Origin: Malacoraja senta
Lineage: Eukaryota
Reading direction: 5' to 3'
Assembly: GCA_038087875.1 (NCBI GenBank)
Contig: JAXLNO010000546.1
Location: 62,001-126,000 of the forward strand
DNA length: 64,000 nucleotides
In this document: piece after piece, positions 51,793 through 63,792 of the stretch
Layout: each line of letters opens with the position of its first letter
Position numbering within the stretch: position 1 is the stretch's first letter
The notes under the pieces: model-generated
What the model saw: only the letters and a program-made list of their open reading frames with translations
Told to the model about the DNA's origin: nothing
Database searches by the model: none
Position numbers and translations under genes: made by a program

Positions 51793-52270
51793 GGAGATCG
51801 GCCGTTCCAGGTGGCCCAGCTGCTGCGAGGACACTCCCGACGCCGGGGCAACAACACCCGGTGAGAACGGCCAGGAACATCGGGCCTCCGTAGAGGCAAC
51901 TATGGAGGCCTCAATAGGCCTGACTTTGGGTGAACTGGGGTTGGGGACTGGACATTGTGCCTTCCCCCACAGTGGTAATCATTGTGGGGGGATGATTTTT
52001 GTGTGTTAATGATATTTTATTTTATGTCCAAGATGGCTGCCGGAAGGGAGAGTGGACGCTGGCGCGCTTTAGCAGCCGCTGTTCTCTCTTCCATATTGTG
52101 TTTTAGATTTTTGTTTTTGGATTGAATTCTCTCTTTAATTTGTGTACTCGTGATGTCTTTACTATTTATTTCATTCCGCTTACATGTTTCTACTATTTGT
52201 TAAACTTTGTAAGGTGTCCTTGAGATTTTTGAAAGGCGCCCATAAATAAAATTTATTATTATTATTATTA
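51793..52270 (+). mobile_element. Short retroelement with an L2-type 3' end and (ATT)n tail
   Basis: GGTGTCCTTGAG...GAAAGGCGCCCATAAATAAAATTTATTATT; absent from the duplicate near 55253. Confidence 0.75.
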
Positions 52271-55200
52271 GGACACACAAAGAACGTTGAGAATGCAGAT
52301 TATGCACATTCACTCAATAACCCTTTAACCTATAGAATGCACCTAGTGTCTATAGGTAGTTCATACCAATAACTGAATAATTGTTAACTGATGCAAATCT
52401 CCTCCGCCTCTGAACTAGATGGCATTCATAATTTTCCACCTAAGAGCCCCATCAGTTTATAATATAACTGAAATTTCACTGACCAGATTACTGGGGCAAT
52501 GCTGAATACTGTTCGTCCACCATAATGACCTTGGTAGCTTCAGCTGGTAATAGCATAATGTCTGTCACAAGACCTACGTGGCATTTGAGAGATTACTACT
52601 TTGCACGATATAATTTCCCCCACTTGCACAGCTGAATCACAGCCACTATATTGCCAATTATACTTAATGAATAGAAGGCTGTTTTATCACAACAAGATTG
52701 TTCGAGGCTCCTATTAATTCCAATCTCTTATCTCAGGGCGAAGTCACAGGCTAAAGGTAAATCCCAATGATGAACAAGTCTAGTTTGTATCACCTTCATT
52801 TCCTTAAACATAGTTTGAGGCTGAAACAGTTGATTTTAACAACATACAGCGTTAGAATATCCTCCTGCCAAGACATAACAAATGTTTTTGAGCTCTGAGC
52901 AGTCCAAGCATCGGTTTTAGTAATCTGGTAAATAATCTGGGGACTGAAGTTAACCTATTTTGCAATGTTTTATCATTGCCTTATCCAGATAAATTTCAAA
53001 ATGTCTCCGGTGATCTCTGTAAATGGGAGCATCCTAAGGAAATCAGATGCAACGTTTCCTATTCGGAAACATTTATACTGAACATGCGAGTTAAACGACA
53101 TTCTGCATCTTTTTCACAATGGACAGGCCACGCCTGCGAATTCCGTACCTGCTCGAGCAACAACTCTGGCCCAATTTCCGAGCGTGGCCCGAAAGCCAAT
53201 GCTGGCCATAATACTGAGCCTGCCTCGAAAGACAATTCTGGACATAATTCTGAGCTTGCCTGGAAAGATAAATCTGGCCCAATTCTGTGCTTGGAATCCT
53301 AGTATTGTGTAGTTTTACATGGTTTGATGCCACAACCATTTGTGTCTTGTAAGGTCACTAGGACCCTTTCCATCCTTATCAAGGGGAATGCTACTTTCAT
53401 ACAACACATAAAGTAACACATGTTATCATTATCATTTGTATAAAAACAAGTGTACATATTACCAACTTGTAGATGGTCCCATATTTTCCCTGAGCGCGAC
53501 TTGGGTCTCGGATTTGAAGACCTCTGTCCAGCTTTCATGCTGCCACCAACTTCAGTGAACTGCTTCCTTCCAATGGAGCCGTGGGGTGTTGTTGTTGCCG
53601 CAACGATGAGGCTTTGCTCGTCGTTGGTACCTCGATTGGTCCGACAGCTTTGCTTCCTTATCCAGGTTTTACCTGTTGAATAGGTCTTACCTGAAGGGAA
53701 GATTCGGCGGCTGGTCTTTAAAGTCACCCCTGATAGCGTTGTTCATCCCCGGCACTTATAGCATGAGGAGAACTCTAGCACCTTACGGGTATTCTGCCAC
53801 CATCGTTTGCGAGGACTCCCTTGAATCCATACGCATGTGTTCCAGTACGTTCCACAGACTTACTTTAGGATTTGAAGTCAGTTACCCACTGACTACTCGC
53901 ACGTCCCTCCACAGAGAGGGAGATTCGTAGACAGCCCTGAACAGTTGCTGCCGCAGGCCCCTGCCTCGGAGTATGCTCACCAGCTACACCTCTGATCTCG
54001 GAGTCAGAACAAAACTGACTCCGTGTGCTCACTTCCTCCAAGAGGGAGACATCATGCAGCCCTTCTATAGGTGCTGCTGCCAGAGGTACCCGAGGAGACC
54101 ACCGGATATAAAGCTCCTCTTGCTGGAGCATATCGTGATGGAGCATCCTCTCCTTCAGGAGCTCTTTCCAGACAGCCTTTCAACAGGTGCTGCTGCCACG
54201 GGCCCCCGAGGTGACACCCGGATATAAAGCTACTCTTGCTGGAGCATATCGTGCTGGAGCATCCTCTCCATCAGGAGCTCTTTCCAGCCAGCCCTGATAT
54301 TCTTTGTATTGGCTCATCAGTCCCAGTTTGTATGGCGCATTTCGATGCCATGCCTGTCATCCCTGGTTCTTGGCTTTCATGCCTTGGGGTATGCACTGCA
54401 ATACCTCCAACCTCAGGGTCAGAACAAAACTGCCCTGGTAAGCTCACCTCCTCCATGAGGGAGACATTATGCAGCCCTTCTACAGGTGCTGCTGCCATAG
54501 GGCCCAAGAAGACCCGTGGATATAAGGCTCCTCTTCATGGAGCAGATCTTCCCTATGCAGCCCTTGAACAGAAGCTGCTGCCACGGGCCCATGGGGTGAT
54601 CCACGGATATAAAGCTCCTCCTGGAGCATGTCATGATGGAGCATCCTTTCCATCAGGTGCTCCATCTTTGCCAGACTTCCACAGACGTCGCTTCTCGTGG
54701 GAGGGGGGTCCTCCTGGCCGGACTCATCGGAGTCCACGGGCCTTACCTTTTAATGGCTTTTCCTCCCAGCCACTGTTTACCCCTCCACGGGAACCACAGC
54801 GACCTGGAAGCCGCTGACCGCCTTGTCAGCGGCTGAAGTAACGAACCCGACGTCCGCCGGCTACCAGCGTTCCGCGGTCTGGACCGGAGTCTCCTCACAA
54901 CCCAAAGCCGGATTCCCCGTGGCTCGTCCGGACTCCGCTACAGCATCCAGAAGGAAACCTCTGTAAGAAGAGGTTCCTGCCAGAAACACAACCTGGTAAG
55001 AAATAAAACTTCCCTGTAGGTTTAAACTTACCGCTGGCAGGAGCGACGTGCCTGCCAGTCCGGTACATCGCCATGCGAGCGACGTAAAGACGCATGCGGA
55101 CTGGCGGGGCCGCTGAAGCCCCGGGCGAGTCTCCAGGAAAGGCCGCACCGATCCTTGTTGTTAGGCCATGGGGGAGGCAACCTGGAAAAAGTCGCCTCTC

Positions 55201-56857
55201 CGTGGAGGAGGCGACCGAAACGGTTTCCCCCTATCCCCCCGCCCCCCACACAAGACACACAAAGAACGTTGAGAATGCAGATTATGCATATTCACTCAAT
55301 AACCCTTTAACCTATAGAATGCATCTAGTGTCTATATGTAGTTCATACCAATAACTGAATAATTGTTAACTGATGCAAATCTCCTCCGCCTCTGGACTAG
55401 ATGGCATTCATAATTTTCCATCTTAGAACCCCATCAGTTTATAATATAACTGAAATTTCACTGACCAGATTACTGGGGCAATGCTGAATACTGTTCGTCC
55501 ACCATAATGACCTTGGTAATAGCATAAGGTCTGTCACAAGACCTACATAGCATTTGAGATATTACTACTTTGCACGATGTATGTTCCCCCACTTGCACAG
55601 CTGAATCACAGCCACTATATTGCCAATTATACTTAATGAAAATAAGGCTGTTTTACCACAACAAGATTGTTCGAGGCTCCTATTATTCCAATCTCTTACC
55701 CCAGGGCGGAGTCACAGGCTAAAGGTAAATCCCAATGATGAACAAGTCTAATTTGTATCACCTTCATTTTCTTAAATATAGTTTGAGGCTGAAACAGTTG
55801 ATTTTAACAACATACACCGTTAGAATATCCTCCAGCAAAGACATAACAAATGTTTTTGAGCATTGAGCAGTCCAAACGTCGGTTTCAGTAATCTGGTAAA
55901 TAACCTGGGAAATGAAGTTAACCCATTTTGCAATGTTTTATCATTGCCTTATCCAGATAAATTTCAAAATGTCTCCGGTGATCTCTGTAAATGGGAGCAT
56001 CCTAAGGAAACCAGATGCGAAGTTACCTATTCGAAAAAAATTATACTGCAAATGCGAGTTAAACGACATTCTGCATCTTTTTTCACAATGAACAGGCCAC
56101 GCCTGCGAATTCCATACCTGCTCGAGCAACAACTCTGGCCCGATCTCCGAGCCTGCCCCGAAAGCCAATCCTGGCCATAATACTGAGCCTGCCTCGAAAC
56201 ACAATTCTGGACATATTCTGAGCTTGCCTGGAAAGACAAATCTGGCCCAATTCTGTGGTTGGAACCCTAGTATTGTGCAGTTTTACATGTTTAGAAGCCA
56301 CAAACATTTGTGTCTTGTAAGGCCACTAGGACCCGTTCCATCTTATCAAGGGGAATAGTAAGATTTAACGAGAACTTACCAAGTTTGAAGTTTGATCTTT
56401 ATTTTACGAGGAGTAACGTTGAGGGATTACGCGAAGAAGCCCCGTCCAGCCGCACACGCGTCAATCTTTCAAAGCAGCGGAGTGACAATCACAGACGATA
56501 ATTACTGAAGTATGATAGTAAGATGCATAAAGACTTAGAACTACCAGCTTGATCTTTTTATGAGAGTGGGAGCGGAGGGCACGTAATCCCTCAACGTTAC
56601 TCCTCATAAAATAAAGATCAAACTTCAAACTTGGTAAGTTCTCGTTTAATCTTACTATTTTACTTCGGAGTCACGTGAGTGACTACGTGAAGATTTCAAA
56701 GCTCTGTGATTTCACACCGTGGATTCAAATCCAGGTGTTCACTGCATCGATTGACTCTATTTGAGTAAGCACAATCAACAATGCATAACCACAACATTTG
56801 AATGTAATCAGTTAATGGTTTTATTTATTTTAATAAAAGTAACAAAATTAGGCCCAT

Positions 56858-57850
56858 TTATAATGGGGGATTTAATACTGTATCCAGCACGGCATCACCA
56901 AACCCTCTGAGATCTTTAATCTCCTTGTGGTAACACTTGTGAAACATCTGTTCACTTGCCCATCCTGCGGCCGCGAGAATAAGGTCTATTGGCACGTCTG
57001 AATCCCTGGCCGCTGATGTTGATGGCGCCCTGGTGGAATGAGATTTAAATTTATCAGTATCAATACCTGAATATCTCAAAACCGGTTTCAACCATCGTGA
57101 AATTGTTTGTGTTGATACTTTCTTATGAGGCTTTTTATGACTAATAAAAAATGCCAATTCGGCGCCTCTTAAAACTTTTGTTGTTGCTATGTAACATTTC
57201 ACATATGTTACTACACACAGTCGTGAATCTGTAGGATTTGCTAAAAATTCCACCTTGCATCCTGTGGACCCAGGTCTACTTTGCTTCAGTAAATAATAGA
57301 CATAGAATGTCACGGCATTTTGCCCTACTTTCATTCTATCAATTCTGAGTTTCTGTAATGTTTGAACTCTCTGCGCTGAAACTAATGCCATGAGCATAAC
57401 CAATTTCATGGTAATTTTAGATAATGACAGGGTTTCAACTGGATTCCAACTCCTTAGGAACATCAGTACATCTTTTACATTCCAAATTTCTGTATACCTG
57501 GGTCTGGGAGGATTAGAGTTGAAAAATCCTTTCATAAACCTACAGACCCAAGGATGTGCTCCAATTGGAGTTTGTTCTGATTCACTGCTTAAATATGCAG
57601 AGAGTGCACCGTGCAGTATTAATTGCACTATAACTTAATTTCAATTCATAGTGTAGAGTTGAAAGAAACTCTATTACATCTGAAATTTCTACTGTGTTAT
57701 ATGCAATATTCTTTGCTGAACAAAACCCCTCTCATTTCTTTATATAGGAAATGTACTGCTTCTGGGTACTATTCCTCCAGGCTGCTGTCATAACATCCAC
57801 CGTACGGTCTGATAATCCTTTTCCAAGATATGGCCTTCTTAGAATCTGCA
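56858..57850 (-). pseudogene. DIRS tyrosine recombinase (catalytic part open 56858-57628; N-terminal part has a stop and a frameshift)
   Basis: LVSAQR, KQSRPG, HSTR, AAGW and FHKCY match the R-K-HxxR-W-Y signature. Confidence 0.92.
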
Positions 57851-57947
57851 AATCAACAAACCAATACGATTATGTAAAGGATGTGACTCATTAGTCACAG
57901 GGTTTACAAGCAGTTTAATCTGCTTTGGAAAAACCATAAGGGTTTTT

Positions 57948-58361
57948 TTAAATCATTTTTAACACCAATGGGTGCCATACCTGTGTAGGCCAATCTGGTA
58001 CTACCAAAATCCCTGAGGCTGAATCTTGTTTAATTTTCTGTATGCATTTGTGGATTAAACAAAATGGTGGAAAAGCATACAGAAACATACCACCCCAATG
58101 TAGCGAGAAAGCATCTACCGCTACTGCACCAGGATCAGGTTCCCATGACACATACTTAGGGAATTGGTGGTTTAGTCTTGATGCAAATAAATCAATCTCT
58201 GGCATTCCAAATTGTGTTATAATTTGTGTAAATATTTCCCGATTTAACATCCATTCTGTATTATCATTAAATGTACGTGATCTTTTGTCCGCAATTGTGT
58301 TAAATTTTCCTGGTAATATATTGCTGACAGCCACATTTTCCTTGCAATACACCAGGTCCAA
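57948..58361 (-). pseudogene. DIRS pol C-terminus: end of RNase H plus DNA N6-adenine methyltransferase-like domain
   Basis: LPGKFNTIADKRSR, IDLFASRLN, VDAFSLHW, YAFPPF and VVPDWPTQVW. Confidence 0.88.
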
Positions 58362-58546
58362 ACTTCATTTGCCAATCTATCACATGATTCTGATTTGATA
58401 CCCCCCATGTGATTTATGTATGCTACAGCTGTAGTATTGCCAACCCGTACCTGAACATGCACACTTCTCATATTAGTACAATAAGCTTTAAGACCATGAA
58501 ATGCTCCTAATAGCTCTAGGTAATTGATTCCCTGTTTTTCCAGCAA
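58244..58546 (-). pseudogene. DIRS RNase H fragment (frameshifted)
   Basis: INYLELLGA...VRVGNTTAVAYINHMGG. Confidence 0.88.
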
Positions 58547-58592
58547 AGGTATTTAATTCACATTCCACCTACCTCCACAGCTGGAAATCATG

Positions 58593-61247
58593 TTAGTAGC
58601 ACCTCAACCAAGAGCACGCATCATTCTGTAGAGTGACGGATGGTATTTCTACCAGAACCTTTCTTGAAGCATCTGAGACTTTGTTAATCCACCATTCTAT
58701 TTCAGTAATGGATTCAGGTGTTAATTTCATGGGCCGGTCAAAATGCCCTGTATTTATTTTTAAGGCTTGTACCTTAGCCCTCTGTAAACATTGATAATGC
58801 AATGGTCCAAATGTTACAGCTGGAAACGCAGCAATTAATTTGCCCAGCAAGCTTGCCACTTCCCTAATTGAAGGTGTGTCCTCATTTATGAGTTTGATGC
58901 AACCTTCAATTAACTGCAGCCTTTTCTCTTTTGGCAAAGTGATTACCATGTGTTCTGAGTTGATTGTGAACCCTAGGTAATCAATCTTCTTGCTTGGTAA
59001 CAATTTTGATTTTTGTAGGTGAATAATGAAACCCATTTTTTCAAAAATGAACTTAACTCTGGATACTGATAATTTTGCAGCAGCCAAAGTGTCCCCTACA
59101 ATCAAAATATCGTCCAAATAAGCCATTAGTACATGGCCCTCAGCTCTTAGAAGAGCTAAAATTGGTTTGAGTAATTTAGTGAATAATCTTGGTGCTGAAG
59201 ACAGACCATTGGGCAATGCTTTAAATTGCGACAACTGACTCATCCATCTAAATTTCAAATATCTTTGATCATCACCATGCATTGCCACAGAGTAATATGC
59301 ATCTTTCAAATCTATGCTTGCCATGTAATAATTTTTAATAATCAGCTCAATGGCATTAGTAAATGTTTCCATTTTGAAATGTTTGTATTGTACATAAAGG
59401 TTAAGATTTGTCAGATCCAAAATGATTCTACATCCACCATCCTTTTTTGTTCTACGAAAAATATTTGATACAAATTGATGGTGTTGTTCTACTGACTTTT
59501 CTATTACCCCTTTATTGGTCAAAATTTCTAATTTTCCTTTGATCAACGTATTCTCTTCTTTTGAGAAAATCCGTGACCAGCTTGAATTTTTCTGCCTTGG
59601 AGGATCCAAGTGTGAATAGAACTCAATTTTGAATTCTACAATGGTGTTTAGAATAAATGCATCATTTGTTATTAACTGCCATTCTTTAAGGAAGAATTTT
59701 AACCTTCCCCCTATTTGTGAATGTGAAACATTTATATTCCTTACCAGACCAGGACCCCCTACCTCGGGGTTTGCCTCCGGCCATTGTTGTCCTCTTCTGG
59801 TAGGCACATTGTAACCTCCACGCATCCCCGGTGCAGCACGCCAACGTGTATATGAGAATGATCGGCTTGTTCCTTCTCCATCACCAGCATTCCGCCTGTA
59901 GGGATACTGCCTTCGCACCGCTCTGCTCAGCATTGGTGGTCGCATTATCATACCACTCAGGTTTTTGGACTCTTCATTCAAATCCTTTAGTTTCTTTGAT
60001 AGATTTTCTCCAAACAGTAGATTAGGCATTTGTATGTTGGTTGGTTTGCAGAGTCCTGCATACTTAGGATGAATAGTTGGCCTTATTGCATTTTTACGAA
60101 TACAATTTATTTCAAAATGAGCACCACACATCAGTGCTAAAGCATCTTGTTGTGAATCTGATACAAACTCATCATCCAATCCTCTGGCAAATGCCGTGAT
60201 GCCTGACCCCAGCAATTTCAGTACATGTTGCAATTTCAATTCTTGCGAGCATAGTCCAATGCTCAAATAACTCCATATTAAGTTATTCACTGTTGGAACT
60301 GTGAGCAATTCACAATTCACCGGGGGCTCATACTGTTTCATAGTCTCATCCATAGTTACTTCCTGGAGCTGATGGGAAAGTAAATAATTGATATTCATTG
60401 CTATTTCATCTCTCAAATGTTCCCCTTTTATTCTGGGGACAGCAAACTTTTGTGCTGGTCCAGGAACTTTCAGCTCTGATACCGGGCTCTCATCCTCATA
60501 GAATTCATCTTCTGAGTCTAGATGTTCCTCTTCAGGTTGAGTAACTTCAGGATCCCCTAGTTCAGGTAAATCTATGCCAGTATCTCCTTGCGTAAGCTCT
60601 GCTATAGGCCCACGGGTAGGCAGCCCTGTTCTAGGTGCTGCTGGCGCTGGCTCCATTCTAGGCCAACGCTTCATAATTTTCCCTTTAGGAACTTTCGGTG
60701 CTGGCACAAAAGTAAGTTTGTACTGTCTTTTTTGAGACATTCCTAGTACTGGCTCTTCAGTAGGCCAGCACATATATTGCCTTTTTTCAGGCATTTCGGG
60801 CACTGGCTCTTCGGTAGGCCAACCACTGTAATAACTTTGCACAGTCATTTCTGATAGCTCTCCTGTAGGCCACCCTTGTGCCTGTCCCAACCAAGGCACA
60901 CCCTGTGCTGTATCTTCCATTGGCCAACACCGACCTGCTTCCTGCTGTGGGGGTTCTTTATATATCATTTTCCCCATTAGGAGCTCTAAGCTGGCGACCC
61001 TTGTAGCCATAACATTTGCTGCAGGAGGGTATTCCTCCGGGTCTGACTCTTCTGAGTCTACAGGTCGGGCCGACTTTTGTCCAGCCTTGCGCCCCGCCGC
61101 CGACGGTTTAACGGCACCTTCGACCGTAACGGGAGTAGATGGCTTCGATGCCACTGCCTCCTCTTCCTGACGCCCGCTACCCTTAACATCGGGGGTTTTA
61201 CCTGCGGTGCGTCCCTGGCCTCTCCTTCCTCTACGCCCTTTCTCCAT
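58593..61247 (-). CDS. DIRS gag-like region plus reverse transcriptase (884-aa ORF; frameshifts at the start of RNase H)
   Basis: LFGENL gag motif; GGRLKFFLKEW, RIILDL, HFKMET, IDLKDAY, LPNGLSSAPRLFTK, YLDD and YLGF. Confidence 0.92.
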   Translation of the reverse strand: MEKGRRGRRGQGRTAGKTPDVKGSGRQEEEAVASKPSTPVTVEGAVKPSAAGRKAGQKSARPVDSEESDPEEYPPAANVMATRVASLELLMGKMIYKEPPQQEAGRCWPMEDTAQGVPWLGQAQGWPTGELSEMTVQSYYSGWPTEEPVPEMPEKRQYMCWPTEEPVLGMSQKRQYKLTFVPAPKVPKGKIMKRWPRMEPAPAAPRTGLPTRGPIAELTQGDTGIDLPELGDPEVTQPEEEHLDSEDEFYEDESPVSELKVPGPAQKFAVPRIKGEHLRDEIAMNINYLLSHQLQEVTMDETMKQYEPPVNCELLTVPTVNNLIWSYLSIGLCSQELKLQHVLKLLGSGITAFARGLDDEFVSDSQQDALALMCGAHFEINCIRKNAIRPTIHPKYAGLCKPTNIQMPNLLFGENLSKKLKDLNEESKNLSGMIMRPPMLSRAVRRQYPYRRNAGDGEGTSRSFSYTRWRAAPGMRGGYNVPTRRGQQWPEANPEVGGPGLVRNINVSHSQIGGRLKFFLKEWQLITNDAFILNTIVEFKIEFYSHLDPPRQKNSSWSRIFSKEENTLIKGKLEILTNKGVIEKSVEQHHQFVSNIFRRTKKDGGCRIILDLTNLNLYVQYKHFKMETFTNAIELIIKNYYMASIDLKDAYYSVAMHGDDQRYLKFRWMSQLSQFKALPNGLSSAPRLFTKLLKPILALLRAEGHVLMAYLDDILIVGDTLAAAKLSVSRVKFIFEKMGFIIHLQKSKLLPSKKIDYLGFTINSEHMVITLPKEKRLQLIEGCIKLINEDTPSIREVASLLGKLIAAFPAVTFGPLHYQCLQRAKVQALKINTGHFDRPMKLTPESITEIEWWINKVSDASRKVLVEIPSVTLQNDACSWLRCY

Positions 61248-62502
61248 TTCTTAGCTGTGTGGAACTCTGCCAACACGTCTGAGCGGGAAGAAAAGCGCCC
61301 TGCAAGTGGAAACGAAAGCACTTACCTTATCCGATTTTTTACTTACGTTGCTTTTACTCACCGCCTGGAGGAGCTCCTGCTCCTCCACACACGGTCATGA
61401 ACGCTATGCGTCTGATCGATAATGACGCGTGTGCGGCTGGACGGGGCTTCTTCACGTAGTCACTCACGTGACTCCGAAGTAAAATGCTACTTTCATACAA
61501 CACATAAGCTAAACACATGTTATCATTATCATTCGTACAAAAACAAGTGTAAATATTACCAACTTGTAGATGGTCCCATATTTTCCCTGAGCCCGAGTTG
61601 GGTCTCCGATTTGAAGACCTCTGTTCAGCTTTCATGTTGCCACCAACTTCAATGAACTGCTTACTGCCAATGGAGGCGTGGGGTGTGTTGTAGCCGCAAC
61701 GATGAAGCTTTGCTCGTCGTTGGTACCTCGATTGGTCCGACAGCATTTGCTTCCTTATCCAGGTTTTACCTGTTGAATAGGTCTTACCTGAAGAGAAGAT
61801 TCGGCGGCTTGTCTTTAAAGTCACCCAAAATAGCTTTGTTCATTCACGGCATTTATAGCATGAGGGGAACTCTAGCCCCTTCCGGGTATTCTCCCACATT
61901 CGTTTGCGAGGACTCCCTTGAATCCACACGCATGTGTTCCAGTACGTTCCACAGACATACTTCAGAATTTGAAGTCAGTTATACTGACCACTCGCAATCC
62001 CCTCCACAGAGAGGGAGATTCGTAGACAGCCCTGAACAGGTGCTTCCGCAGGCCCCTGCCTCGGAGTATGCTCACCAGCTATAACTCTGATCTCGGAGTC
62101 AGAACAATACTGGCTCCGTGTGCTCACTTCCTGCAAGAGGGAGACATCATGCAGTCCTTCTATAGGTGCTGCTGTCAGAGGCTCCCGAGGAGACTCCCGG
62201 ATATAAAGCTCCTCTTGCTGGAGCATATCGTGATGGAGCATCCTCTCCATCAGGAGCTCTTTCCAGACAACCCTTCAACAGGTGCTGCTGCCATGGGCCC
62301 CCAAGGTGGCCCCCGGATTTAAAGCTCCTCTTGCTGGAGCATATCGTGCTGGAGCATCTTCTCCATCAGGAGCTCTTTCCAGCCAGCCCTGATATTATTT
62401 TTATTGGCTCATCAGTCCCAGTTACTATGGCGCATTTCGATGCCATGCCTGGCACCCCTGATTCTTGTCTTTCATGCCTTGGGGTATGCTCTGCAATACC
62501 TC

Positions 62503-63331
62503 GCACAATACCAACTAAACAAGAGTAAATCTGAGGTCATACATCTCGGCCCCTCCAACTCAAACAAAATGATAGCTGGCAGCCTTGGAAGCCTTACCCC
62601 ACTACTCAAACCTCACGTCTAAAACATTGGCGTGATATTTGACAGCACTGAAATTTGATAAACAGGTCAATGCCGTGGTAAAAGCTAGCTTCTTTCAGCT
62701 TCGGACGATAGCTAAAATAAAACAATTCCTCCACTTTGATGACCTCGAAAACATCATCCACATATTTATCTCCTCCCGCCTAGATTACTGCAACTCCCTT
62801 TACACTGGCATCAGCCAATCTTCCCTGTCCCGCCTGCAACTGGTCCAAAACGCCGCAGTGAGACTCCTGACGGGCACCCGAAAAAGGGACCACATCACCC
62901 AGATCCTGGCCTGGCTCCCTGTGCGGTTCCGTATACATTTCAAGATCCTCCTCTATGTCTGCAAAGCCTTCATTGGGCTTCCCCCCCCACCTACATTAAA
63001 CGTCTTCTTACCCACCACTCCACCTCCAGGTCCCTCAGGGTCGAGGCATATGCTCAGGGGCGACCGCGCCTTTGCGGTTGCAGCTCCTAGACTGTGGAAC
63101 AGCATCCCCCTTCCCATCAGAACTGCCCCCTCCATCGACTCCTTTAAGTCAAGACTAAAAACGTATCTATACTCCCAAGCTTTTCTTGACGTCCTCTGAG
63201 TGAGGGCTATATGTACTGTACACATGTACGTAGTTTGTTTGTTTATACTATTCTTTTGACAAATGTAAAGCACTTTGACCAACGAGATTTGTTTTTTAAA
63301 TGTGCTATATAAATAAATGTGACTTGACTTG
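62503..63331 (+). mobile_element. L2 LINE 3' fragment, same family as 1667-2150
   Basis: SSRLDYCNSL...LQLVQNAAVRLL...WLPVRFRIHFK; (GACTT)n tail; TSD ACCTC (62498-62502, 63332-63336); empty site near 54403. Confidence 0.95.
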
Positions 63332-63792
63332 ACCTCTAACCTCAGGGTCAGAACAAAACTGCCCTGGTAAGCTCACCTCCTCCATGAGGGAGACATTATG
63401 CAGCCCTTCTACAGGTGCTGCTGCCATGGGTCCCCAAGAAGACCCGTGGATATAAGGCTCCTCTTCATGGAGCAGATCTTCCCTATGCAGCCCTTTAACA
63501 GAAGCTGCTGCCACGGGCCCATGGGGTGACCCACGGATATAATGCTCCTCCTGGAGCATGTCATGATGGAGCATCCTTTCCATCAGGTGCTCCATCTTTG
63601 ACAGACGTCCACAGACGTCGCTTCTAGTGGGAGTGGAATCCTCCTGGCCCGATTCACAGGCCTTACTTTTTAATGGCTTTTCCTCCCAGCCACGGTGCTG
63701 TCAATCGGCACCCTTGATACCGCCTTCCTCGTGGATTTACCCCTCCACGGAAACCACAGCGATCTGGAAGCCGCTGACCGCCTTGTCAGTGC

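Larger units (their letters stand above)
49077..55110 (-). mobile_element. Older, degenerate DIRS1-like retrotransposon
   Basis: Terminus AAT|AGTAAGTTTAAACGAGAACTTACC with an inverted ICR copy near 49310-49403; recombinase remnants (TISKWLKRGL) 49528-50400; MT-like PPSFCLI near 50660-50700; RT and gag remnants to about 54960; inner ITR part at 55090-55110 complementary to 49161-49181. Confidence 0.85.
56357..61482 (-). mobile_element. Structurally complete DIRS1-like (tyrosine recombinase) retrotransposon
   Basis: ITRs (56433-56463 vs 61423-61453); ICR 56581-56693 complementary to both termini; AAT on both flanks; empty site AAGGGGAATGCTAC at 53381-53394. Confidence 0.96.
55111..63790 (-). 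repeat. Tandem duplicate of 51655-54830 (old DIRS RT-gag region) carrying a young DIRS and an L2
   Basis: 55111-56356 matches 51657-53389 minus the 51793-52270 insert; 61483-63790 matches 53387-54830. Confidence 0.92.
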
